Shown: positions 46,922 to 56,855, numbered from the stretch's first letter. The stretch is DNA of 64,000 nucleotides from Bacteroidota bacterium (GCA_036340235.1 JAYYZE010000036.1:90872-154871); one strand, 5' to 3'. Notes: generated by a model not told the origin, from the letters alone. Program-made: numbers and translations.

Positions 46922-47539
46922 ATGCAAGAATTAGTAAACATTTTCATCAAGTCAATTTTTATTGACAATATGATATTCGCCTATTTTCTAGGAATGTGTT
47001 CTTATTTGGCAGTTTCAAAAACTGTAAAAACTTCAGTTGGGATGGGTTTTGCCGTTATCTTTGTTTTGGGCTTTACAATTCCTATAAACTTTTTATTGGA
47101 GAACTATGTTCTTAAACAGGGCGCGCTAACATGGCTCAATCCAAGCTTTGTCGACGTAGACCTAAGCTTTTTAAGTTTCATAATGTTCATTGCTGTTATT
47201 GCCTCTATGGTTCAGTTGGTAGAGATGATTGTCGAAAAGTTTTCTCCATCATTGTACGGCTCTTTGGGAATATTCCTTCCTCTAATTGCTGTTAATTGTG
47301 CCATTTTGGGTGGTTCTTTATTTATGCAAGAGCGTGCATACACATCTATTGTTGAAGCTACAGTATTTGGTTTAGGATCTGGAATAGGTTGGTTTTTGGC
47401 TATAGTAGCCATTGCCGCTATCAGAGAAAAAATACGTTATTCACATGTTCCTGCACCTCTAAGAGGATTGGGAATTACGTTCATTATAACTGGATTGATG
47501 GGAATAGCCTTTATGAGCTTTATGGGTATAAAATTATAA
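46922..47539 (+). CDS. nqrE: Na+-NQR subunit E
   Basis: 205-aa membrane protein. [18 protein letters not shown] and [10 protein letters not shown] are RnfA/NqrE motifs. Confidence 0.95.
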   Translation: MQELVNIFIKSIFIDNMIFAYFLGMCSYLAVSKTVKTSVGMGFAVIFVLGFTIPINFLLENYVLKQGALTWLNPSFVDVDLSFLSFIMFIAVIASMVQLVEMIVEKFSPSLYGSLGIFLPLIAVNCAILGGSLFMQERAYTSIVEATVFGLGSGIGWFLAIVAIAAIREKIRYSHVPAPLRGLGITFIITGLMGIAFMSFMGIKL

Positions 47540-47554
47540 TTTCTAAAACAGACA

Positions 47555-48862
47555 ATGATAGTATTAAGTACAACAACCATAGTTTCAAGTATCGCCATCT
47601 TCTTGTTTATGATAATGGCATTAGTTAGCATTCTATTATTTGCTAAAGCAAAGTTGATGCCAGCAGGAAAAGTAAAAATCTCAATCAATGGCGAAAAAGA
47701 AATTGAAGTAGATGGTGGTTCGACACTGTTGACGACTTTAAGTAATGAGGGTATATTTCTGCCATCTGCATGTGGTGGTGGTGGCACTTGTATTCAGTGC
47801 ACCTGTCAAGTTCATTCTGGCGGTGGAAGTATTTTGCCAACAGAAGAACCCCATTTTTCTAAAAAACAAATTTCGAACGATTATCGACTAGGTTGCCAAG
47901 TGAAAGTCAAGGAGGATATGCAAATCAGTATACCTGAAGAAGTCTTTGGTGTTAAGAAATGGGAAGCTACCGTTGTTTCCAACTATAATGTGGCCTCTTT
48001 TATCAAAGAATTTATTGTCGAGATTCCCGAGGATATGCCTTACGAAGCAGGTGGGTATATACAGATTGAAATTCCTGATTGTGAAATCAACTATTCAGAC
48101 ATCGACATTACAGCTCATCCAAAAGAACACCCCGGAGAAGAGGAGAAGTTTAAGCTTGAGTGGGATAAGTTTGGTCTATGGCCATTAAAGATGAAAAACG
48201 ACGAAGAAGTTGTAAGAGCATATTCAATGGCTTCATATCCTGCAGAAGGTCGAAAAATTATGTTGAATGTTCGTGTTGCCACACCACCATGGGATAGAGC
48301 CAAAAACGATTGGGCAGATGTAAACCCAGGAGTCGCATCTTCGTATATCTTTAGTCGTAAGCCAGGTGATAAAGTAACTATTTCTGGGCCCTATGGTGAA
48401 TTTTTCATAAATAATTCGGAAGCAGAAATGTTATACATTGGTGGTGGTGCTGGAATGGCCCCAATGCGTTCGCACCTGTATGAGCTATTCAAGACATTAA
48501 AAACAGGTCGTAAAGTAAGTTATTGGTATGGTGGGCGTTCCAAAAGAGAGTTGTTTTATCTCGATCATTTTTATAGTCTTGAAAAAGAATTTCCAAACTT
48601 TAATTTTGAGCTAGTTCTTTCAGAGCCCTTGGAAGAAGATAATTGGAAGGAAAAGAAAGATTTAAACGATAAAGAAGGTGATGGTTTTTTAGGTTTTGTT
48701 CATCAAGCAGTTATTGATCAATATTTGAGTAAGCACGAGGCACCAGAAGATATTGAATTATACTTCTGTGGTCCACCACTGATGAATCAGGCCGTATTGA
48801 AAATGGCTGACGATTGGGGTATTCCTGATGAGAATGTCCGATTTGATGATTTTGGTGGCTAA
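47555..48862 (+). CDS. nqrF: Na+-NQR subunit F
   Basis: N-terminal transmembrane helix. The 2Fe-2S ferredoxin motif is [12 protein letters not shown]...C. RAYSMAS is the FAD site, and [11 protein letters not shown] is the NAD-binding domain. Confidence 0.96.
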   Translation: MIVLSTTTIVSSIAIFLFMIMALVSILLFAKAKLMPAGKVKISINGEKEIEVDGGSTLLTTLSNEGIFLPSACGGGGTCIQCTCQVHSGGGSILPTEEPHFSKKQISNDYRLGCQVKVKEDMQISIPEEVFGVKKWEATVVSNYNVASFIKEFIVEIPEDMPYEAGGYIQIEIPDCEINYSDIDITAHPKEHPGEEEKFKLEWDKFGLWPLKMKNDEEVVRAYSMASYPAEGRKIMLNVRVATPPWDRAKNDWADVNPGVASSYIFSRKPGDKVTISGPYGEFFINNSEAEMLYIGGGAGMAPMRSHLYELFKTLKTGRKVSYWYGGRSKRELFYLDHFYSLEKEFPNFNFELVLSEPLEEDNWKEKKDLNDKEGDGFLGFVHQAVIDQYLSKHEAPEDIELYFCGPPLMNQAVLKMADDWGIPDENVRFDDFGG

Positions 48863-48886
48863 TTATCAGTATTTGATTTATTCTTA

Positions 48887-48916
48887 AAAGCCCGATTTTA
48901 TCGGGCTTTATTTTTT
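48887..48916 (+). terminator. Rho-independent terminator of the nqr operon
   Basis: AAAGCCCGAT-TTT-ATCGGGCTTT is a perfect 10-bp stem with a 3-nt loop, followed by ATTTTTT. Confidence 0.8.
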
Positions 48917-49371
48917 CTATTTATAATGCTGTTTTCATAAATAGTAATCCATTTATTTGCAGATATTTTTGTAAATAGAATGATAATTAGTTCAAATAGT
49001 ATATAGTCTAAGTATTTAAAGCGAATACAACTTTAACCCATGTCTAGCTTCCGATTGTTAGATTGGCTATATTCGGTTTGTCACCATTTTAATAATTCTA
49101 AATCGGAAAAAATACCCATTTGTTATAAACCAATGAAATGTTTTTGCGATGCTAAACTCATAAAGGGTAGAGGTAAATCTGGCGATGTATGATATTCTTA
49201 AGGATAAATTGAATGAGGAATTACCCAGCTGGGCATGCCATAATTTAATACTTCTTTAAATTCATTGGGGATATTATTATTTATAATTTCTCTAAGTCGG
49301 TTCATGGTATCTTTTCTTTCATCTGGAATATTTTGAAAGTATTCTTGTACAGAATTGACAATTATTTTCAT
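48898..49371 (-). pseudogene. DUF1801-family pseudogene: frame preserved, four internal stop codons
   Basis: Minus-strand frame from the ATG at 49371 translates as MKIIVNSVQEYFQNIPDERKDTMNRLREIINNNIPNEFKEVLNYGMPSWVIPHSIYP*EYHTSPDLPLPFMSLASQKHFIGL*QMGIFSDLELLKW*QTEYSQSNNRKLDMG*SCIRFKYLDYILFELIIILFTKISANKWITIYENSIINRKNKAR*. The stops lie at 49198-49200, 49123-49125, 49081-49083 and 49033-49035. The sequence resembles DUF1801 proteins (..YGMP..V.PHSIYP.GYH..P.LPLPFM..ASQK......MGIY....L..WF..EY......KLDMGKSCIRFKK...). Confidence 0.7.
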
Positions 49372-49416
49372 GCTTGTATGTATTTAGTTAGCCTATAAAT
49401 GTATTATTTTTGACCT

Positions 49417-50409
49417 ATGAAATATCTACTTTTTCTTATTATCATCGTTTTCTGTTCATGTCATCAAAAAAACCAGTCATTAGTCACTAATTATGGCTTT
49501 GCCCAAGGAACAAGCTATTCCATCAAATATATGAGTGATGGCTATGATTTTCATTCGCAAATCGATAGTTTATTTTTAGAAGTTGACTCCTCTCTTTCCA
49601 CATACGTTGATTTTTCTATCGTTAGCCAGTTAAACAGTGGTGATACCTTAGTTTTATTAGATTCTCATTTTGTAAATGTTTTTAATGGTGCAGTTTTGGT
49701 CTCTTCACAAACAAATGGATTATTCGATTGTACAGTAGCTCCACTAGTCAATGCTTGGGGCTTTGGTCCAAAACAAATAGAGTTAAAAATAGATAGCTCT
49801 CAAATAGACGATATTGCAAAAAAAATTGGCTATCAAAAGGTGATTATAAAAAACGATAGCTTGATTTCTAATCCTGAGCAGTTATCCTTAGACTTCAATG
49901 CCATTGCACAAGGGTATACTGTGGATCTGATTGCGCGTTTTTTAGAATCCAAAAACATAACCAATTACTTAGTTGAAGTTGGTGGTGAACTTCGATCAAA
50001 AGGACTAAATGCTATGCGTAAAAAGTGGCTAATAGGCATTGACAAGCCTACTAACGATATTGACAGAAACGACCGTTTTCAAGTCAAGGTACATCTATCC
50101 AATCAGTCCTTAGCAACCTCTGGTAATTATAGGCGATATTATGAGAATGAAGGTCAACTTTTCTCTCATACTATTCATCCTAAAACAGGCTTCCCGGTAA
50201 AACATTCTCTTTTGAGTGCAACGGTGATTACCAACGATTGCATGATGGCCGACGCTTATGCCACGGCCTTTATGGTTATGGGCGTAAAAGAAACCCAACA
50301 ATTTTTACAAAACCGTTCAGACATACAGTGTATGTTAATTTACACAGATAGAAATAAGAAATGGAAGAGCTGGTATTCAGATGGTTTTGATGAGCTACTT
50401 GTTAAGTAG
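49417..50409 (+). CDS. apbE: FAD:protein FMN transferase ApbE (lipoprotein)
   Basis: Lipobox IVFCSCHQ. AQGYTVD, LATSGNYRRY, HTIHPKTG and ADAYATAFMVMG are ApbE motifs. It lies next to nqr, whose B and C subunits carry flavinylation sites. Confidence 0.9.
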   Translation: MKYLLFLIIIVFCSCHQKNQSLVTNYGFAQGTSYSIKYMSDGYDFHSQIDSLFLEVDSSLSTYVDFSIVSQLNSGDTLVLLDSHFVNVFNGAVLVSSQTNGLFDCTVAPLVNAWGFGPKQIELKIDSSQIDDIAKKIGYQKVIIKNDSLISNPEQLSLDFNAIAQGYTVDLIARFLESKNITNYLVEVGGELRSKGLNAMRKKWLIGIDKPTNDIDRNDRFQVKVHLSNQSLATSGNYRRYYENEGQLFSHTIHPKTGFPVKHSLLSATVITNDCMMADAYATAFMVMGVKETQQFLQNRSDIQCMLIYTDRNKKWKSWYSDGFDELLVK

Positions 50410-50416
50410 CCGGTTC

Positions 50417-50602
50417 TTACTTTTTACACTGCTCCTCTGGCGAGGCGCCACAAAAACTACAATTTTCACCATCTTTGTTTAAAAAAGGACTATTACTGGC
50501 GCAAGTGCCAGAAAACTTACCATCTTTTTTGACAATAATTTTAATAGCAATTCCAGCAAAACCTAAAACTAGTAAAACTAGAGCTAAAAGATAGACTTCC
50601 AT
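50417..50602 (-). CDS. nqrM: Small Cys-rich membrane protein, (Na+)-NQR maturation factor NqrM-like
   Basis: Probable start at MEVYLLALVLLVLGFAGIAIKIIV (one transmembrane helix), then GKFSGTCASNSPFLNKDGENCSFCGASPEEQC. This is the TM plus 4-Cys layout of DUF539/NqrM. It lies next to apbE and nqr. Confidence 0.6.
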   Translation of the reverse strand: MEVYLLALVLLVLGFAGIAIKIIVKKDGKFSGTCASNSPFLNKDGENCSFCGASPEEQCKK

Positions 50603-50617
50603 ATCAACTTGATTAGA

Positions 50618-50650
50618 TTGCAAAGATATAAATTTGATATGCTATTTTTG
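50618..50650 (+). promoter_or_regulatory. Candidate promoter for mazG (TATTTTTG -7 box)
   Basis: TATTTTTG at 50643..50650 matches TAnnTTTG and sits 17 nt upstream of the ATG. An upstream TTG at 50618..50620 gives a long 22-nt spacing. Confidence 0.3.
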
Positions 50651-50667
50651 TAAAAAAATAACAAAAC

Positions 50668-51432
50668 ATGGATGCTCGATTAATCGCCTTTGAACGCCTA
50701 TTAAATATTATGGATGATCTTCGCGAAAATTGCCCTTGGGATAAAAAACAAACCATTGACAGCTTGCGTTACCTCACCATAGAAGAAGTCTATGAATTAT
50801 CCGATGCCATTATAAACAATGATTTGGATGAAATAAAAAAGGAATTGGGTGATATTATGCTTCATTTGGTATTTTATGCTAAGATTGCAACTGAGAAGAA
50901 GGTATTTGACATAACCGACGTACTGAATGGTGTTTGCGAAAAACTCATTTATAGGCATCCGCATATTTACGGAGACGTTAAAGTCAGTAGTGAAGAAGAT
51001 GTAAAAGCAAATTGGGAAAAACTCAAGCTAAAGAAAGGAAAACAGTCTGTTTTACAAGGTGTGCCTCATTCTCTACCCGCTATGGTAAAAGCCATAAGAA
51101 TACAAGAAAAAGCACGTGGAATAGGATTTGATTGGGATAACAAAGAACAAGTGTGGGAAAAGGTTGAGGAAGAGCTTAATGAGCTAAAGGAAGAAGTCGA
51201 AAAAAAGGATCTACAAAGAACACAAGAGGAGTTTGGTGATTTACTGTTTTCTTTGATTAATTATGCTCGTTTCTTGAGAGTCAATCCTGAAGATGCTTTG
51301 GAAAAAACGAACAAAAAGTTTATGAAACGATTTCAATACATGGAAGAGAAAGTGGCTATAAACGGACTTGAAATTTCTAGTCTGAGCTTGTCTGAAATGG
51401 ATCGCTATTGGAATGAAGCCAAATCTATTTAG
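50668..51432 (+). CDS. mazG: Nucleoside triphosphate pyrophosphohydrolase MazG
   Basis: Tandem MazG domains. CPWDKKQT, EEVYELSDAI, ELGDIMLHLVFYA and EEFGDLLFSLINYARF are present. Confidence 0.9.
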   Translation: MDARLIAFERLLNIMDDLRENCPWDKKQTIDSLRYLTIEEVYELSDAIINNDLDEIKKELGDIMLHLVFYAKIATEKKVFDITDVLNGVCEKLIYRHPHIYGDVKVSSEEDVKANWEKLKLKKGKQSVLQGVPHSLPAMVKAIRIQEKARGIGFDWDNKEQVWEKVEEELNELKEEVEKKDLQRTQEEFGDLLFSLINYARFLRVNPEDALEKTNKKFMKRFQYMEEKVAINGLEISSLSLSEMDRYWNEAKSI

Positions 51433-52501
51433 GAGCTTTCTTGAGAAGAAAAACACCTAAAATAGTGAATAATATATTAGGTATCCAAACAGCAACTATT
51501 GGAGATAAGTCACCATTTATAGCAAAGGTGGTTGACACTTGCATAAAGAGTATGTAGGCAAAGCTGATAAGTAACCCGAGCCCCAAATGCAGCCCAATAC
51601 CTCCTCTTATTTTTCGCGATGCCATTGCTACCGCTACCAAGGTTAAAACGATTGTAGCGAAAGGAAAGGCGTAGCGCTTTTGTTGTTCAACCACATAAAA
51701 TACTAAGTCTTTAGAGCCCTTCATTTGTTCTTCTGAAATAAATTGATTGAGTTGGTGAAAGTTCATAGTATTAATATTATTTTTTCTTTGGTTGAAATCG
51801 TCGGGTGATAAATTAATTGATAGAGTAATTGAATCACCCTCTTCAATTTCTTCGTTCAAATGGGTTATTTTCCTCAAAAAATAATTATGGGCTATCCAGT
51901 TGTTTTTCTCTTCATTCCACTGAATGTAATTGGTAAATATTTTTTCTCTTAATACTTGATTTTCAAATTTTTCAAGTGAAAATCGGTAGCCAATGTTACG
52001 TTTGGTATTGTAGGACTGGACATAGATAAACTCTCCTGGGCTGATTTGCATATGAATATCTTTATCTCTGTTTTGGTAAGGATTTTTTATGTATTTATTT
52101 TCAAATTCTAGCCGGTTTTCGTTTGCAGGCGGAATAATAAAATTACCCAAAACGAATGATAAAAGTGCTAAGCTAATTGCAGATAATAAAAATGGTCTTA
52201 ACATTCTATTAAAACTTACCCCACTAGCAAGAATGGAAATGATTTCGGTGTTGTTGGCCATTTTAGAAGTAAAGAATATTACTGCCACAAAGGTAAATAG
52301 GGGGCTGAATAGATTTCCAAAATAAGGAATGAAATTTAGGTAATAATTGAGTAAAATCTCATTTAAAGGGGCAGATTTTTCTATAAAGTCATCGATTTTT
52401 TCTGAAACGTCAAATACAACGACAATCAGAAGTATAAGAGAGATTGAAAAGAAAAAGGTTCCCAAAAACTTCTTAATAATGTACCAATCTAATTTTTGCA
52501 T
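51425..52501 (-). CDS. LptF/LptG-family LPS export permease (YjgP/YjgQ)
   Basis: MQKLDWYIIKKFLGTFFFSISLILLIVVVFD is a typical N-terminus. The layout is three transmembrane helices, a periplasmic beta-jellyroll, then three more transmembrane helices. Confidence 0.85.
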   Translation of the reverse strand: MQKLDWYIIKKFLGTFFFSISLILLIVVVFDVSEKIDDFIEKSAPLNEILLNYYLNFIPYFGNLFSPLFTFVAVIFFTSKMANNTEIISILASGVSFNRMLRPFLLSAISLALLSFVLGNFIIPPANENRLEFENKYIKNPYQNRDKDIHMQISPGEFIYVQSYNTKRNIGYRFSLEKFENQVLREKIFTNYIQWNEEKNNWIAHNYFLRKITHLNEEIEEGDSITLSINLSPDDFNQRKNNINTMNFHQLNQFISEEQMKGSKDLVFYVVEQQKRYAFPFATIVLTLVAVAMASRKIRGGIGLHLGLGLLISFAYILFMQVSTTFAINGDLSPIVAVWIPNILFTILGVFLLKKAPK

Positions 52502-52503
52502 GA

Positions 52504-53634
52504 TTATAATCGACGATCTAGTTTTTTGATAATTCCATTTTTCCAGTTGGTAAATGTGCCATTAGCAATATGTACTCTAGCCTCTTCCATTAACCAAAGA
52601 TAAAATCGAATATTGTGTAGTGTAGCTATTTGTTTTGCTAATAATTCGTTGACTGAAAAAAGATGTCTCAGGTATGCTTTGGAATAAAATCGGTCTACAT
52701 ATGAGGTGCCATTGTCGTCAATGTAAGAGAAGTCGTTAGCCCATTTCCTATTTTTAATGTTAATAGTTCCTTCGCTTGTAAATAGCATTCCATTTCGGGC
52801 ATTTCTAGTCGGCATCACGCAATCAAACATATCTACTCCAAGTGCTATATTTTCAAGAAGATTAGTGGGTGTTCCTACACCCATCAGATATCGTGGTTTA
52901 TTGATTGGAAGGAATTGACAAACGATATCTGTCATTTCATACATTAATTCATGAGGCTCGCCAACAGATAATCCGCCAATGGCGTTACCTTCTCTTTCAA
53001 ATGAGGCAATTTGTTCTGCCGATTGCTTTCTTAAATCTTTATATACACTACCTTGTACTATTGGAAATAAAGTTTGCTCGTAACCATACTTTGCTTCTGT
53101 ATTATCAAAGCGTTCACAACAGCGTTTAAGCCATCTGTGCGTCATGAGCATGGACTTTTTGGCATATTTAAAATCACAAGGGTAGGGGGTGCATTCATCA
53201 AAAGCCATGATAATGTCTGCTCCAATTGTACGCTGAATATCCATAACGTTTTCGGGAGTAAATAAATGGTATGAGCCATCAATATGGGACTGAAATTTAA
53301 CTCCTTCTTCTTTAATTTTTCTTTTGTCAGAAAGGGAGTAGACTTGATAGCCACCACTGTCGGTCAGTATGGGTTTTTTCCAATTCATAAATTGGTGAAT
53401 GCCACCGGCTTCTTGCAAGACGTCAAGCCCAGGACGTAAGTACAAATGGTAAGTGTTTCCTAAGATAATATGTGCTTTGGTGTCTTGATCAATTTCGTTT
53501 TGATGAACCCCTTTGACGGTGGCAGCCGTTCCAACTGGCATAAAAATGGGGGTTAAAATACTTCCATGAGCGGTGGATAGCTTTCCCAATCGAGCATTTG
53601 AAGAATCATCTGTTTTTATCAGTTCAAAATTCAT
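52504..53634 (-). CDS. tgt: tRNA-guanine transglycosylase (queuine tRNA-ribosyltransferase)
   Basis: TPIFMPVGT, ILTDSGGYQV, FDECTPYP, GGLSVGE and FDCVMPTRNARNG are present. Confidence 0.96.
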   Translation of the reverse strand: MNFELIKTDDSSNARLGKLSTAHGSILTPIFMPVGTAATVKGVHQNEIDQDTKAHIILGNTYHLYLRPGLDVLQEAGGIHQFMNWKKPILTDSGGYQVYSLSDKRKIKEEGVKFQSHIDGSYHLFTPENVMDIQRTIGADIIMAFDECTPYPCDFKYAKKSMLMTHRWLKRCCERFDNTEAKYGYEQTLFPIVQGSVYKDLRKQSAEQIASFEREGNAIGGLSVGEPHELMYEMTDIVCQFLPINKPRYLMGVGTPTNLLENIALGVDMFDCVMPTRNARNGMLFTSEGTINIKNRKWANDFSYIDDNGTSYVDRFYSKAYLRHLFSVNELLAKQIATLHNIRFYLWLMEEARVHIANGTFTNWKNGIIKKLDRRL

Positions 53635-53758
53635 ACATCAAATTTTGTCAAAGATAGTTAAGTCCAAGCATTTTAAACACAATTTATTTTGTATTGAAGA
53701 TTGTAAGCTTAACTACAAATAAACATAACATTATTTTCAATTGTCGTATCATTGTGCA

Positions 53759-54859
53759 ATGGTTGATGTGCGATTTATGCTGTTCATTGTTTTTTTGTTG
53801 GCTTTTTTAGTTCAACTTTACTTTTTACTTGTAATTTTTATTCCACTTTCAAAATTTAAAGAACCGAATTCACATTTTTCTAGTGGAGTATCGGTGGTGG
53901 TTTGTGGCTATAATGAAGCAAAATATTGGAATCAGCTAGTTGATCAATTATTAAAGCAAGACTATGAACAATATGAAATTGTTTTAGTAAACGATCAATC
54001 AACTGACGATACCAAATATATTTTTAAGCAATGGGAGGGGCATCCAAAAATTAAAATTGTCAATATTGCGAAGGATATTAAAAAAGGAATTGGCAAAAAA
54101 TTTGCATTGACTTTGGGTATTAAAGCTGCTAAATATGAGTATTTACTTTTGACAGATGCGGATTGCTTACCTAAAAATCAGTATTGGATACGGTCTATGA
54201 CTCAGCATTTCTCTAACAAAGAAATCGTACTTGGTTATGGCGGCTATTACAAGCAGAAGGGACTTTTGAATCAACTCATTCGTTTTGATACATTTTTAGT
54301 TGCGTTACAATATTTTTCATTTGCATTAAAAGGTCGTGCTTATATGGGTGTTGGAAGAAATTTGGCGTATAAAAAATCTGTATTTTTTGATAATAGAGGA
54401 TTTGCTTCTCACCTTCATATTCCGTCTGGCGATGACGATTTGTTTATAAAAGAGGTTAGTAATTCAACGAATACAGCAATTATTTTAGATGCTAATTCGC
54501 ATACACTTTCAGAACCAAAAACTTCATATTTGGCTTGGATACAACAAAAAACAAGACATATTACCACGGCTAGTCACTATAAACTATATCATCAATGCTT
54601 GCTTGCTGCTTGGTCGACTAGTCAACTACTATTTTGGGTATTGTTTATAGTTATGCTAAGCACAGACTACTTTAGATTGTATGGCATCGCATTGTTTTTT
54701 ATCAGATTAGTGGTTCAATTGATAATTATTAGACCAATAATGAAAAAAATAGATGAAGAAGATCTTATTTTTTACTACCCCTTTTTAGAAATTATTCTTA
54801 ATGTATTTTACCTTATATTTATGCTCAATAGACTCATTTTTAGAAAACAATTTTGGTAA
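53759..54859 (+). CDS. Glycosyltransferase family 2 membrane protein
   Basis: VSVVVCGYNE, LVNDQSTDDT, LLTDADC and GDDDLF are GT2 motifs. There are transmembrane helices at both the N- and C-termini. The start is ambiguous between the TTG at 53741 and the ATG at 53759. Confidence 0.8.
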   Translation: MVDVRFMLFIVFLLAFLVQLYFLLVIFIPLSKFKEPNSHFSSGVSVVVCGYNEAKYWNQLVDQLLKQDYEQYEIVLVNDQSTDDTKYIFKQWEGHPKIKIVNIAKDIKKGIGKKFALTLGIKAAKYEYLLLTDADCLPKNQYWIRSMTQHFSNKEIVLGYGGYYKQKGLLNQLIRFDTFLVALQYFSFALKGRAYMGVGRNLAYKKSVFFDNRGFASHLHIPSGDDDLFIKEVSNSTNTAIILDANSHTLSEPKTSYLAWIQQKTRHITTASHYKLYHQCLLAAWSTSQLLFWVLFIVMLSTDYFRLYGIALFFIRLVVQLIIIRPIMKKIDEEDLIFYYPFLEIILNVFYLIFMLNRLIFRKQFW

Positions 54860-55458
54860 ATAAAAAGCTAACAGATAAAGCAAAAGAGGATTTGATTCTT
54901 GTCAAGAGTGCCTTGGACAACACCGATGCAAGAGCGTTTTCAAAACTATTATCAAAATATCGAGACCCTATTTATTTTAAATTACTAGAAATGTTGAATG
55001 ATAAGGAGCTTGCTCAGGAACTTACCATAGAATCGTTTGGCAAAGCATTTAATAATTTATCTACTTACTCATCAACTTATGCATTTAGTACGTGGTTGTT
55101 TTCAATTGCAAAAAATCATTGCATAGACTTTCTCAGAAAGAAAAAAAACAGGACTGTTTCAATAGATGATTTGATTGATCAAGAGGATGGAAATTCTTTA
55201 CATATTGATATAAAAGACCAAAAGCCCGCCCCCGATGACTACCTGATCAAAAAACAGCGTATTCAGTTTTTAAGAAATTTGGTAGATCAGCTTGATCCAA
55301 AATATCGGTTGTTAGTGAGGTTAAGGTATTTTAAGGAGCTCAGTTATGACGAAATTGCTCAAGAGCTAAATTTACCTTTAGGAACTGTAAAAGCACAATT
55401 ACACCGTTCCAGGGAATATTTGTTTAAACTCCTTTCAGGCAAAAAAGACATTATTTGA
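54853..55458 (+). CDS. RNA polymerase sigma-70 family (ECF-type) factor
   Basis: Region 2 reads AQELTIESFGKAF...FSTWLFSIAKNHCIDFLRKK. Region 4 reads LSYDEIAQELNLPLGTVKAQLHRSR. The TTG start overlaps the GT2 gene end. Confidence 0.8.
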   Translation: MVNKKLTDKAKEDLILVKSALDNTDARAFSKLLSKYRDPIYFKLLEMLNDKELAQELTIESFGKAFNNLSTYSSTYAFSTWLFSIAKNHCIDFLRKKKNRTVSIDDLIDQEDGNSLHIDIKDQKPAPDDYLIKKQRIQFLRNLVDQLDPKYRLLVRLRYFKELSYDEIAQELNLPLGTVKAQLHRSREYLFKLLSGKKDII

Positions 55459-56081
55459 TATCTATTATTCTAAAATATTTTGCTGATTTGTCAGATCGTC
55501 AAATCGATCAATTTGACTCAATGTATACTTTATATACTGATTGGAACTCCAAGATTAATGTAATCTCTAGAAAAGACATGGATTACTTTTTTGAGCGGCA
55601 CGTTTTGCATTCTTTGGCCATTTCAAAGATAATTTCTTTTGTAGATGGTACACAAGTACTGGATGTTGGAACCGGTGGCGGCTTCCCTGGCATTCCGCTA
55701 TCTATCTTATTTCCAAATACTCACTTTTGTTTGGTAGATAGTATAGGTAAAAAGATAAAAGTGGTAAATGATGTGAGTAATAAGTTGCAATTAAACAATG
55801 TGACAGCCATACATGAAAGGGTTGAAAACATTGATCAGCATTTTGAATTTGTGGTAAGTCGGGCAGTAACCAATATGCCGCAATTTTTTAGTTTGGTCTC
55901 GCATCGCTTTTTAACTAAACAAAGGAACAAACTAGCGAATGGGATTCTATATCTTAAAGGTGGTGATTTATCAAACGAAATGGCTCTTATTAGTCGTCCT
56001 TATCAGTGTTTTGATCTTTATGAGCATTTTCAAGAGGAATTTTTCAAGACCAAAAGGGTTGTTTATATACCTATGGTTTAG
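55455..56081 (+). CDS. rsmG: 16S rRNA (guanine527-N7)-methyltransferase RsmG
   Basis: WNSKINVISRKD, HVLHSL and DVGTGGGFPGIPL are GidB/RsmG motifs. Confidence 0.9.
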   Translation: MISIILKYFADLSDRQIDQFDSMYTLYTDWNSKINVISRKDMDYFFERHVLHSLAISKIISFVDGTQVLDVGTGGGFPGIPLSILFPNTHFCLVDSIGKKIKVVNDVSNKLQLNNVTAIHERVENIDQHFEFVVSRAVTNMPQFFSLVSHRFLTKQRNKLANGILYLKGGDLSNEMALISRPYQCFDLYEHFQEEFFKTKRVVYIPMV

Positions 56082-56083
56082 GC

Positions 56084-56851
56084 TTATATCTTTTTACACA
56101 AGTAAATAAGTTCGTTTTTCGGTAAAGCATAACGTTCAACTAGTTTAGGGTCCAGTTTGTTAATGAAATCGTCTTCGATTACCTGAAAGCCAGCAGACAT
56201 TAATTTTTTACCATAATCCAATCCATATAACCTCAAATGATCACTTTGCCAGTAGTGTTTTTCTCTCTCTTTGGGTTCTGTGATGTTGGGATCCTCAAGT
56301 GTTTTTTGACTATTGTAATCTATTGGTACTTGAAAAATTCCCCATCCACCTTTTTTCATTACTCTAAAAAATTCAGACATTACTTTAGCATCGTCTTCAA
56401 CATGTTCAAGCACGTGATTACACATTACGACATCGAAGCTGTCTGATGGAAATGGAATGTCATGAACATCCATTTTGACGTCTGCCCAAGGAGAATTCAA
56501 GTCGGCGGTGATGTAATCGATGTTTTCAAGTTGTTTGAATCGATTTATGAAACAAAATTCGGGAGCAATGTGGAGGAAGCGAATATTGTCAGAAAAAAAA
56601 GTGGTCTTTTGTTTCAAATATAACCAGATGAGTCTATGTCTTTCCAATGACAAACTATTAGGGGCAAGTGCGTTTTCTCTAGCGTTAATGCGCCCATAAG
56701 GTAATAGTTTTCTGTAAGTAATGCCATTTATTGGGTCTTCAAAATTGTTGCCTCTTACGAATATGGAATAGAAACTAAGAAAGAAATGGCTAACATGATG
56801 TAAATAGTGTCGGGGGATAAAACGCGTAACTAAGCTAATGATTAATTTCAT
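56084..56851 (-). CDS. Class I SAM-dependent methyltransferase
   Basis: FDVVMCNHVLEHVEDDAKVMSEFFRVMKKGGWGIF is a Methyltransf_11-type core. It lies 4 nt downstream of the ABC exporter gene. Confidence 0.75.
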   Translation of the reverse strand: MKLIISLVTRFIPRHYLHHVSHFFLSFYSIFVRGNNFEDPINGITYRKLLPYGRINARENALAPNSLSLERHRLIWLYLKQKTTFFSDNIRFLHIAPEFCFINRFKQLENIDYITADLNSPWADVKMDVHDIPFPSDSFDVVMCNHVLEHVEDDAKVMSEFFRVMKKGGWGIFQVPIDYNSQKTLEDPNITEPKEREKHYWQSDHLRLYGLDYGKKLMSAGFQVIEDDFINKLDPKLVERYALPKNELIYLCKKI

Positions 56852-56855
56852 TGTT

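Noticed and set aside
47437-47787. 116-aa minus-strand ORF spanning the nqrE/nqrF junction.
   Set aside because: It overlaps two confidently called operon genes and shows no motif.
48898-49371. Stop-codon reassignment or programmed readthrough as an explanation for the four in-frame stops in the DUF1801 frame.
   Set aside because: TAA and TGA terminate the other genes in the window at positions consistent with family lengths. Conserved residues in the relic are also degraded, so pseudogenisation is the simpler explanation.
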